From positions 83,700,001 to 83,764,000 of the forward strand of contig OZ024745.1 in assembly GCA_964016885.1 (NCBI GenBank): a stretch of DNA of 64,000 bases, given 5' to 3'. The position numbers and the translations under genes are program-made. Numbering within the stretch: position 1 is the stretch's first letter; each line of letters opens with the position of its first letter. Source of the DNA: Eledone cirrhosa (Eukaryota). Shown here one piece after another: positions 27,599 through 42,435 of the stretch. Below the pieces are notes generated by a model that worked only from the letters and a program-made list of their open reading frames with translations, was not told where the DNA came from and did no database searches.

Positions 27599-27611
27599 CA
27601 TACATACATAC

Positions 27612-27856
27612 AAAAATATGTAAAACATTCCAAGAATTCGGCATCTAATAACTGCATATACACTTGAAGAGATACAAAGCATATGCACATCCACACATAC
27701 AATAACATCCATACATGCGTACATGCATACACATCTACCTAGTTGATGCTGTGTAAATTCCAATGAAAGAGTCTTGTATCTATGTTAGAAACCGACTCTC
27801 TCTGTATTGGCAAAAATTTGTGAAATTATAAAACCATACATACATACATACATACA
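27612..27856 (+). mobile_element. 3' end of the R4-like LINE between (CATA)n tracts
   Basis: aaaatatgtaaaacattccaag...gaaaccgactctctctg...ataaaac(cata)n. Confidence 0.8.
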
Positions 27857-29012
27857 TGGGGAATCCTCCTTCAGTTTAGACAATCGAGTGACGGTCTAAC
27901 TCGTGAATTATCGTTTCAGTGTTTGAGTATTCAACAGACACATCATGTAACCTTACTGTAATACCCAAGCTAAATCATTGTAACATAATACGTGGCATGT
28001 CTGAGCCTTTGAAATGTAGGAACATTCTATAACAAAGGTTTCCATATAGTTTCTCTACAATTCACAAGTACGTTTTGGTCTGATACGAGGCTATGTTATA
28101 GATATATGTGCCAGATATTATGCAGTAGTATTGAATCGAAGATCTTATGTTTGCGAAGCTAACTTCTTACCCAGTCAGACATGTCTGCGTTCACTTATAT
28201 ACATACACACGCGTACATTCATACACACGTGCCCAAGCGAGTTCACACACATATTTATGTATTTATCTGAAGGTGTTATTCTTTTCTATTGTTCGACCAA
28301 CTATTTTAATTCTATCTTAATTTCCTTTCTGTTAGTTCTTAATTTTTATTGTTTTCGATATTACATTGTGGATTTATGTTTTCTCATTTCTTGACTGAGA
28401 AGATTATATAGTATATGATTAGTATATTTTGGCTTCTAATTTCTAAATGTAGTTGGTAGTTTCCATTGTTTTCTGCTCATATTTCTAAAATAGACTAATT
28501 TCCAAATAACTGTATTTCGTCGCTGAGAAAGCTATTATCGCTTTTCGTATAATTTTGTTATATGCATTACGATCACTATTTAAGTCTTAAATAATACGGT
28601 TAAAATATATTCTTTAGATATGGTGTTCCATATTCCCGACGCTATCGAGCATGCATTAAATGCTTTAAAAGATTATAAGTATTCTTGCTTTCAAGACCTA
28701 TTGTTATATACATAAATGCGTTGTCTTGCCAATTATGTGTAGCAACTATATTGCTACTAATTTTCTATTTTTAATGATGGCAGAAGTCTATGGTTCTCTT
28801 TCATGGTCATCATACTGTTGGTTTTATATTTTTTTAAATATTGTATTATGTCAGAACACCAACGTATTGGTAGATATTTTAAACAGAAAAATAATTCATA
28901 TATTTTTATGCAAGTTATTACTTCGCTATATATACTGTTACATTGTTGTTGTTAATTTAACATTATTGCTTTTCTTATATAGTAACTTTCTTTATCAGTG
29001 TAGATTTTTGTT

Positions 29013-31025
29013 ACAGCTTATACATTTTCCCATATATATTTAAACACTATTCATTGGTATTTCTCCAGCTGTTGTTCTATTATTTCCTATATTGAATACA
29101 TATATCTTACTTCTCTTTGAAATCATCATTCTCGGTTCATACACACTCTTATATCAACACCGCTATTACACAGGCCGAAACATTTGTTTTATAAACTGCA
29201 TTCTCAAATGAGTATATCTATCAACCTATATTCTCGACTGACATATTAGATCTTCAGACAATTTTCCCACTTCTATAACAAACGATTTATCTAGCAATAC
29301 CGGGCTATCCCTCCCGCTATCGGACCATCTGAAAATCAATGTCACTCGCAGTTTATCTTCCGATTGTACAATAACACCTAACTTACTAATTCAATCTACC
29401 AGCTGTTCACCACCATCTAGCGTTTCCAGGAAATCGTTTTCTCCTTTAGAATGTCTGAAACAATTAAGTCAATACCGATGCTACTTTTATATACATATTC
29501 CTCCATATCCCTCACATAGTCAAACTGTACAGGGCCATGAATATTAAGTAGTTCGCTTGCAGCAGGTGTACAGACCACCTTCAATAACTGAGATATATCT
29601 CACCACAGCCATGCTTGAAAGTTTACAAGTTTATGACAAATGTTCTTATATAACATATTACCAGAACATCATTGCATTATATTCAGGTCAAGGAAATAAC
29701 TTATCTTTGAATACTATAGTTTGCACTGAATTCAGAAATATTATGAAAACGGCACTACTAACATATCACAAATAACAGTTCACAATCAATCCGTTTCTTT
29801 CCTCAACTAGTTTCTACAGTTATTTATAACTCTTCTTCTTGTCGCCCATGTGTGTCTCACTCCTAGCCCTTGCACTAAATCGTTTTTCCTAGAGTATCAG
29901 CCTCCCTAAATTGATTTACCTTCCATGTCATTTCCACAGGCGTTGACTTCCAGAAGTTCAAAAAAAACATCAACTATAACTGCCTACAAAAGTGAGGAAC
30001 ATGTCCATTTTTATCTAATAAAATATAATTTGTAGATGTTTTCAACTGAAATGGTTAAAAACAACACAAGGTTATTTAACATAAGAAATTATGATAACAT
30101 TCTTGAGATTAGCTTATTTGTTATTTTCAACCAGAACATGGAAAACGAGAAGACTAGGGAAATATGAAGAATGCATTCACACACATGAATATATGTTTTC
30201 TTTCTGCGTGAGCTATGCCCAAAATTTATCAAGCGAACACCAACAATATTATATATTTTATTATTTACCCTATGATACTGAAGATCACTTTAAAATTGAT
30301 TTCGATCGAAACACTTCTAAAGTAAAGTAAAAAGTAAAAGTCCCTTTGTTATAGAATGAGCATGGGTGTGCACCTAAAAAGTTCCCCTCCAAAGCATTAG
30401 TACGGTCAAGATGTTATTGTGGAAGACTAGCAGTCGCCCATGCATACCAAACTTCTCTCACCACGTCATATAAAAGAATAGCAAAGGCTGATACAGCTTG
30501 GCAACGGTGACATCACAACTAATATATACACTATATATATATCCCATTTACAGTATATACAACATTATATACACTATATATATATCCCATTTACAGTATA
30601 TACAACATTATATATACACTATGTATATACTATATAAAACGTTGTCCAAAGGAATGACAAGGGCTGATACAGCTTGGCGGCAATGACGTCGAAATATTTC
30701 TCCTGCTGGGTGAACAGGAGCAATGTGAAATACACATCAACCAGGAATCGAACTCACCTCCTCACAGTTGTGAATTCAACGTTCTAACCACTACGCCATG
30801 CGCCTTCACAGGTGTTTGAACTGTCATCCAATTCTGTCGATGATAGTATCAATATTCAAAAGCTATATTATTTTTTTATTGTGAGAGTACCTGCTAAAAT
30901 GCTTTTCTGTATTCGTTACGGCACGCTACGTTCTGAGTTCAAATTTAAACAGCACCTGCCCAGCTCCGGAGGTCACCTTCAGCTTTCAGATGTTCGGGAG
31001 CGATAAAATATAGTACCAGTCAAAT
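29013..31025 (+). repeat. Copy 2 of the ~2-kb direct duplication
   Basis: Offset 12544 bp from copy 1; carries one extra ~40-bp internal repeat near 30560-30610. Confidence 0.95.
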
Positions 31026-32235
31026 GCATGAGTCTATATAATTACCTTCCCAATCCAGAAAAGAATTCAAGCCTTGTGCTAAGTAAGAACACATTATTTA
31101 TATACATATATATATACATATGCACACATGCAAACACATGTTCACCTATAAACATATATACATACATACAACCTACATAAGAATTCACACACAATCTCGC
31201 TCACATATTACCGTTTATTCACTAAAACCAATATAAAATTAATCATAAATGCAACTATTTGTCACCAGAATTATAAAATGGATTTAAAATAAGAATGGTT
31301 TTATATAAATATTTATCGAAAATGCTCATTTTGCTATCCTGTCAGTAAATATACCCGCCAATGTATCATATTACACCACCGTCTACGACTGTCAACTAAG
31401 TAGCTTTCTGTGTTCTATCTGTCCATAGAAATTGCTAGGAAAGAAATAGTTACATTTACGATTAGTTATTTATTATTTTTAGTGAATAATGTGTGTGTTT
31501 GTGCTTAAATAGGCATGTTTGCTAAATAGGGAAACATGTCTATGGGCGTTTGTTTGCATATGCATATTTTTCATCAGCAATAAAAATAGGATTGAATTTC
31601 TCTACTCTGTATACATTTTTGAGTTGATGAAATAATATTAGAGACAATGGAGTTCATAAATATATTTTGTTCAATTGTGACTATTTACAATGGATTACAC
31701 ATTTTGAATTTATAACAGACATACGCCAAAAATCTATATCAACAAATCCCACTGTTAGATGTTGAAGGTAGTAGTAGATTTGCAAAGGAAAAATAATTGT
31801 ACGTGTTTGAAGTCAGAACAATTACATGTATATGTTCAAAGTGGGAAAAAAAATAAAAACGTCTTTTGCATGAAGCTCTACGTTGAAAATTGTTTATCTA
31901 GTTTTTGGACAAGTTATCACAGTTACAAGAAAAATACCTATTCTGTTTCAATAGTACATCTATGCAGAATTACTGTGATTCGTTTCAAGAGACATATCAG
32001 CAATTGTGTAGTATGTTTCCCAAGCAAGATTTAATATTCTACCCTAATATATATATATATATATATATACACATGTCTATATATTCTCATATTAATGAAC
32101 AAGAGAAAATGAACTCGATATAGTAGTAGTGTAATTATTTCCACAGAGATCCACTAGCTTGTTACTTAAGAGTCCCTTGTGAAAATCGATTCTAACTCGG
32201 GAAAATTCCACAATTACAAAGTACTTGATTAGTTG

Positions 32236-32342
<107 letters not shown>

Positions 32343-32353
32343 CATACATATAT

Positions 32354-32806
32354 TATTATACATGGGGAGGGTCATATTGTTGTAATAATATTGCCAGAAT
32401 TAATAACAGAACACACTCACTGTTTGATTGGTTTTCGCTTCTGTATCTTTCATATTAGTTAATTCATTCGATCCTCAATGTTTATCATTGACTGACCAAC
32501 GGTCAAAAATACAGATATAATATAGATATAAACACATATATATAGTCTAACAAAGGTCTTTCGTTGCACATCTGCAACATCATCAGTGGTGCTATTATTT
32601 TCCTCCTGTTGTATTGTATATTTACGGCAAACGATGGCGTAAATATTACATCTGTTTTTTTTTTACCTTGGTCAGTCAATGATATACATTGAGGACCGAA
32701 TGAATTAACTGATATAAAAGATACAGAAGCGAAAACCAACCAAACAGTGCGTGTGTTCTGTTATTAATTCTGGCAATATTATTACAACAATAAGACCCTC
32801 CCCAAA
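32354..32806. repeat. Dispersed repeat with an inverted partial copy (32354-32500 vs 32665-32806); other copies at 49450-49720 and, diverged, ~19440-19540
   Basis: tggggagggtcatattgttgtaataatattgccagaattaataacagaacacac and its reverse complement. Confidence 0.8.
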
Positions 32807-32874
32807 TATAAAAATATTTGTTTCGACATACGATTTCATATCAAAAACCTCGCAAAACAAATTCATCACCGTCA

Positions 32875-32918
<44 letters not shown>

Positions 32919-32956
32919 TATGACGGTGATGAATTTGTTATATACACACACAGACT

Positions 32957-33010
<54 letters not shown>

Positions 33011-33057
33011 TGTATATATATATTTGGAAAATGTAATCTGAGTTTTTCGAATATTAA

Positions 33058-33249
33058 TAATTGTTTCTACTTTTGGTACAAGGCCAGCTATTAACCAGTG
33101 TATTACTGGTACTTTATTTTATCGACCCCATAAGGATGAAAGGCAAAGTTAACCTCGGCGGGATTTGAACTCAGAATGGCAAGGACCGTAACTCTATGCG
33201 TCAAAGCATGGCGTCTGACCCTCTACTGATACTGCCAATCCACCGCCCT
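33058..33249 (-). mobile_element. Full-length Meta-type SINE
   Basis: Reverse complement of the 12557 family. Confidence 0.85.
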
Positions 33250-33557
33250 TCGAATATTAATAATAACATTCGTTTGCAATTAGGCGAACAAGCCTCATTT
33301 TTACAGCCACATTAGTAGAATGAACCCTTCATTGACAAACACCCAAATTAAGTAAAAGACACACAACTCACAAAATTCAAACTTCCCCCAAATAAAAAAC
33401 GACATAATGGAATTCTGTCGTAAGCTCAGGCTACCTGAATTTTTACCCGAAAACAATGACTAATGTTAGAAAGATGTATGATTTACGCAAAAGAAGGAAG
33501 GAATGTATAACATAACTCCTACTCTGAACACATTATTAATTTTCCGTTTTACTTGCC

Positions 33558-33679
33558 TTTCTGAGTTCAAATCCCGCCGAGGTTAACTTTGCCTTTCATC
33601 CTTACGGGGTCGATAAAATAAAGTACCAGTAATGTACTGGTATATGCTGGCCTTGTGCCAAAAGTAGAAACAATTATTA
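33558..33679 (+). mobile_element. 3' half of a Meta-type SINE
   Basis: ctgagttcaaatcccgccgaggttaactttgcctttcatcc...gaaacaattatta. Confidence 0.85.
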
Positions 33680-33699
33680 ATTTTCTCTTTGTAAACATT

Positions 33700-35624
33700 G
33701 GAAATAGAGAAACCACATCAAACTTCTCGAACAATGAATAGCAGAACCTAATTGAGTTACAAGAAAACATTGAAATCATTATCAAAGAACCTGATAAAGG
33801 TAGCACTGTTGTCATCTTGAATACAGACTGCTATAAAGATCTGGCACATCAAATGTTAGACATTACTATGACAGTTACTATGACAAATCAACCAACTACG
33901 AATAATGAAAGTAATGGAAAATCCTTTAACTTTATAAAATAAGTACTGCAAAAGCCTAACCTTGAATGAAGTTGATTAAATAAGCCACTATAAATGCGAA
34001 ACTAGCATATATTTTGCCTACCGAAAATAAACAAATGCGAACTGATGAATGACGCATGTAAAATGTCGACATTCATTTAACTCCTCCAGATGATTTAAAG
34101 CTTTGGCCTAATATAGCAGGCCCTGCGTGTGAAACACTTAGACTGAGTAGCTTCCTGGTCATCGTTTTAAAGCCCTACCTCAAACATGTGCAGAGCTACA
34201 TCCGAGATCGCCTAGAAATGCTAAATCCTCTCCACAAAAAAGTAATTGAACACACAATTTTCGCCTAGAAATGCTAAATCTTCTCCATAAAAACGTAACT
34301 GAACACACAATTTTTGTTCGACGTTATCAACTTACACACCAACATACGCTGTGGAATAACTGCAATCAAAAATTAGCCTAGACACTCACCAATCCGAAAT
34401 ACCAACACACATCAAAAAAGATTTCATCCTTGATGAAATCAAATTCATATGACAAAACAATTATTTTGATCTAGTGATCTGCGTTCCGACAAAAATTAGG
34501 AACCACAATGGGTACGAAAGTAGCCCCTACATACGCCAATTTAGTCATGGATTCCATGAACGAAAGATTTACAGCGATCCTCTACTACTATTTGTAGAAC
34601 ATTTAGCACACAGCTAGAAAAAAAACAACAGGAAAAGGTAGCTGGACAATGCCTTAGCCTATGGTAGGAAAACATTGAAACACTCACGGATTTCAAAAAT
34701 ATGATAAATAAACTTAACAGCAACGTCCAGTTCACAATGAATTTTAATACGAAGAAACTAGTTTTTTAGGTAACACAATTTTAAAAACAGACGGAAAAAG
34801 AGAATCATACATTTTCTATAAACCTTCTTTTTACATCAAGTTACCCAAAACACACGAAATTGAACATTCCATTTAACCTAGCTAAAGAAGTAAAAACAGC
34901 CCAAAACACCAAAACATATCCTTACTGGGGAAAGACACCCACAAACGTATCTTCAACCCCACATACGGAAGAACAAATTCAGAACCTTCAGAATAAACAA
35001 AAAATGTCCCATGCAACTCGGAAAACCCAATCTATAGTATTACATGCTGTGGATGTCTTCAAAATTACATAGGACAGACAGGAGTATTATTTCGGAAAAT
35101 ACTCCCCATACACCGACAACAAATCCGTGATGAAAACACGAGATAAATCCCCTGAAGCAACATCTACAGGATTAAATGTACTCAAATTCAAAATGTTCTC
35201 TCTTTACAAATGCTCAGACGCTTTCACGCAGCAACAGAAAATAAATAATGAAAAACAATTCATTAAAGATATAAACCACAATTAAATATGTAATTGTCCT
35301 CTATTAGAAAATAGTGATCTTTAAATGGGAATAACTAATTTACACACATTTATGAGCAAACCTATATATTTGCAACCACACACTCACAACATAAAATAAA
35401 ATAAAAAATCAAACTCCAAGAAACCTCCAGTAAAACACTTTTCCTTTCTGTATTTCATTTTCTTTCCAAAAATCCTTCACATTCCTGTTCTTTGTTGCTT
35501 TCTCCCAAAGGCCTCTTTCAATCACTTTTATAATTATATTTGTATTTTTATTTTTACTTCCCTTCTTTTATTCTGAAAATGTTAAGAATAATCTTGATGT
35601 CTTGGAACCCCACTTACACACACA

Positions 35625-35657
<33 letters not shown>

Positions 35658-36100
35658 CACAAGGTAAAAGAAAAACTCTGTATCCGATCTTACCTATTTT
35701 TAGCAATTTTCACATTTTGACACAAAAGAACCCCCACCTAAATGTTGCACACACACACACTACCGAACTAGAGAAATGCCATCAGGATCATTGAACTCCA
35801 CTTCCAACATCACCACCCGACCTTAATAAGTAACCAATATATATAAGACGAAATTTTGTGAGTAAACCTATATATGTTGTAATTGATAAATGAAAAAATG
35901 GACTTAAAAAGTAAAATATCTTGACATTACCTCTGGTTAAACCTTAAATGTTCTAAGCAACCTTTATAAAACTATATTAACTATCACTTACAAACAAGTA
36001 GAAATCACTTTATAAAGTATATATCTGATGAAAACTATATTCTTCTCCACCGTATAGATTTATAAGAATGCAGAAAGAAATAGTGATCAACTTTATATGA
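33700..36100 (+). mobile_element. Heavily decayed Neptune-like PLE (RT, GIY-YIG, 3' pLTR with an HHR relic at ~36021-36088)
   Basis: Motifs IIIKEPDKGSTVVIL, IAGPACET, LKPYLKHVQSYIRD, FDVINLHTNI, GTTMGTKVAPTYANL, VQFTM and CCGCLQNYIGQTG. CTGATGA at 36025 is followed by an imperfect stem and GAAA. Confidence 0.85.
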
Positions 36101-38499
36101 TTCTAGGTGGGGTGAGGATGAATTGAGATGTTTACCAGAAAGTATTTTCATATCCACTCCTACCTCTTCATCCTGGCCATCAACCAGTGACTACTGAATA
36201 TATTTTCACAACCACACCACCACCCACTAATACGAATCTATTGAACCGTCGTATTTGATTTACACCAACCTGATTTTTCACAAGTAATTCTATTTCTCAA
36301 TACTTAACCAGTAAACATTTTAATTCATCCTACTTCCACCTGTTGATATATACCCATTCATCTCATTCACTCTATTCATCATCACCTTCACCCCAATTTT
36401 GAACCCTGTTACTAATTCCTACTATCATCGTCACACTACCATTATCAGACACGTCAACTCTTCCCGTTCGACGGGGAGATCTCCGTCCCACTTTCGGGTA
36501 GGTGAGAGATGTCTTCTCTTGTGAAAATGGCTTTCATTATGGGAAATCTCCCCATTTTGCCTCATTTCTCTCCATTTGGGTACACTTTTTTTCATGGTAC
36601 TCCCCGTTTGGATTATTAGCGGTTGGCAGGTCTGCATTATCATCATCATACACATCATGTTCATACCTTCTTTATTTTCTCGGAATTTCCAACGTCTCTT
36701 GTCATAACTCCCAGATTACTGTCATAATAAATTCCTGAAGCAGAACTGTAACATTCTTCACTTATGTTGATTTAACCAAGTTAGTAGGTAGGTATGTCTG
36801 TGAGAGATATTTTACTCTACATACTTTGATAAATGTTATTTCACAATATACTATAAAATATGATGCAGTGTACATATAAAATAAATTAACGTTTCAATTC
36901 ATGTTAGACCGATGGCGTGGCAGGGCTGACGAAGCGTTGAACTAAATGTTTTGCAATATTTATTTTCGTTCTCCATTGTGTATTTAAATACTCTAGTGTT
37001 GAATTACACTTCATACTATACATCGATGATGAACTAGTCCGACTTCAACAACTGTAGTCACTGGGCAACAAAACATTTACTTGTAAAAACAATAATTTCT
37101 ATTGTAATGTTGATTTTTATTTTAAATCTATTATAATCCTTTCAATCTTCCTTCAACTATAGCAGAAGTAAATGCTTATGCTAAAAGCTATTCTTGTTGA
37201 TACGGAAGTAGTCAAAACTACTTAATAGTGCTAAACTTAGAACACATTTTGTACAATTAATTTCATCTCGGTTTTGTGCCTCCGAAAATAATCATGTTTG
37301 AGTCAGGAAATAATTATAGACAGAGAATCGTATATCCTGGTATAATGTATTATTCGTTTGATTAATATATCATGCCGTTTCATATCACTGCAATCGGTCT
37401 AGAGAAGCAGCTAGCTTCACACATCCGTAAATGGAACATTAATTTCTACGAGGGTGCAACTTTGCTCAAAGTAAACAAATAATGAATTCTAAATTGAAAG
37501 AAAAAAACAGTTACTAGACAGTTGGTAATACATCACGCTCGGTGGTTCTAATTTGAAGAATTCGCTTTTAAATTCACTTGCCTAGACAACTGTTCGAATA
37601 GATTAGATGAATCATGAATGTTAAAGGGAGTGATTATGTAAATAACTTAAGGCTGAGAACAATAAAATATTTCAATGCAACTAAATATGTTAATGCAATT
37701 TCAGTCTTCTAAAATCTGCATCACTTATATTGACCGTTAGATGACAGTGGATGACTAATGGAAATGGCGAATTTATTAAAGGTAAATGGATAAACTAGAT
37801 TGAATTAGCTCCTGTTCCTACGAAGAACTTGTCATATTTAAGGAATAATTTTATTTAAACCCTTGTATCATTGCTTTTACTAGAGGACATAATTACAGTA
37901 TACAGAATTCAATAACACAATAATCCTCACCATAAATATTACATTATTATTATTTTTATTGGCTGACAGACGGGGAAGACGTGTTTGTTTTAGCTTCACA
38001 AAATAGTAGATTTTCAAATAAATCTACTTGTTTTCGTATCCGATCTTTCTATATAACCGCACCCGTTGAATACACACTAGATTAATGACTCACAACTATA
38101 GTTTGTCTCTGATTGAAAGTTAAGACTATGCACCTAGTTATGTCCAACATTTCCTATATTGACGTTGTGGTGTTTATAGCTCCATTTATACTTAAACAGT
38201 GCCGTGCAAGACGACATTCTATGTTTTTCTTTCGACAAGTATGTATCACAAACTTAAGAAAACATACAACCATGTTTTGCTTTCTCAAAAATAGCAACAA
38301 TTTTGTTCTCCGGATATATTTAATTAAACAACTCTATAATCCTCTCTTCCTTCCCTCACGCACACACACACACACACACACACACAAATATATATATATA
38401 TATATATACATGTATATATATATGTGTGTATATAGTACTATACCTTTAAATTTATAATTTCTCCGTGATCTTCCACTTGGCTACTGTATATATATATAT

Positions 38500-41835
<3,336 letters not shown>

Positions 41836-41836
41836 T

Positions 41837-41888
<52 letters not shown>

Positions 41889-41893
<5 letters not shown>

Positions 41894-42105
41894 ATAAACA
41901 ACATAAGATGATTATTTCATTTACCAGTGGTTTCTTGAAAGCAAATAAATCTGCTTTCAGTCATCAGAATGAAAACATACTGGATTTTTTCAGTCGTCAG
42001 GATGAAAAGACCAGGATTTTTTAATTCTGACGACTGAAAGCAGATTTATTTGCTTTCAAGAATCCACTGGTAAATGAAATAATCATCTTATGTTGTTTAT
42101 TACAT
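41889..42105. repeat. ~215-bp fold-back made of two divergent hammerheads (intact core at 41915-41974 minus; GAAA>GAAT copy at ~42024-42080 plus)
   Basis: The minus strand reads TTTCATT-CTGATGA-cTGAAAGCAGAT tt ATTTGCTTTCAa-GAAA-CCACTGG-TA-AATGAAA. Confidence 0.85.
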
Positions 42106-42162
42106 AAATAAGCTCTGTAACTTACACTCTTTTTTCCTGGACCTTTCCGACGGAATTACTTC

Positions 42163-42207
<45 letters not shown>

Positions 42208-42298
42208 AATATAGTAATAATAATAAATTTGAAGACTAAAACCAAAGAGGGCTCGATGAGGATGAATATATATCAAATATATAAGAACCGTAGAGCAA

Positions 42299-42435
42299 AT
42301 ATTTATTAAAATAACAGATTAAAGTTTAAGCAAAGAATCGCTGCTTTCACCCTTAACGGGATCTTCAGAAGATCCCGTTAAGGGTGAAAGCAGCGATTCT
42401 TTGCTTAAACTTTAATCTGTTATTTTAATAAATAT
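42299..42435. repeat. Perfect 137-bp palindrome (68-bp arms, 1-nt centre at 42367) centred on a hammerhead core
   Basis: ...cttaacgggatcttc-a-gaagatcccgttaag...; the minus strand reads CTGAAGA-tCCC gttaa GGGt-GAAA-GCAGC across the axis. Confidence 0.9.

Noticed and set aside
16469-31025. The 2-kb direct repeats as LTRs of a 14.5-kb LTR retrotransposon
   Set aside because: No TG...CA ends, PBS or gag/protease/integrase were found, and the repeats consist of old LINE and SINE debris.
31353-31435. Minus-strand exon candidate after tttcctag
   Set aside because: It has stops in all three frames and a weak donor.
37447-37580. Mariner-like TACGAGGG terminus
   Set aside because: No partner TIR or transposase remnant was found.
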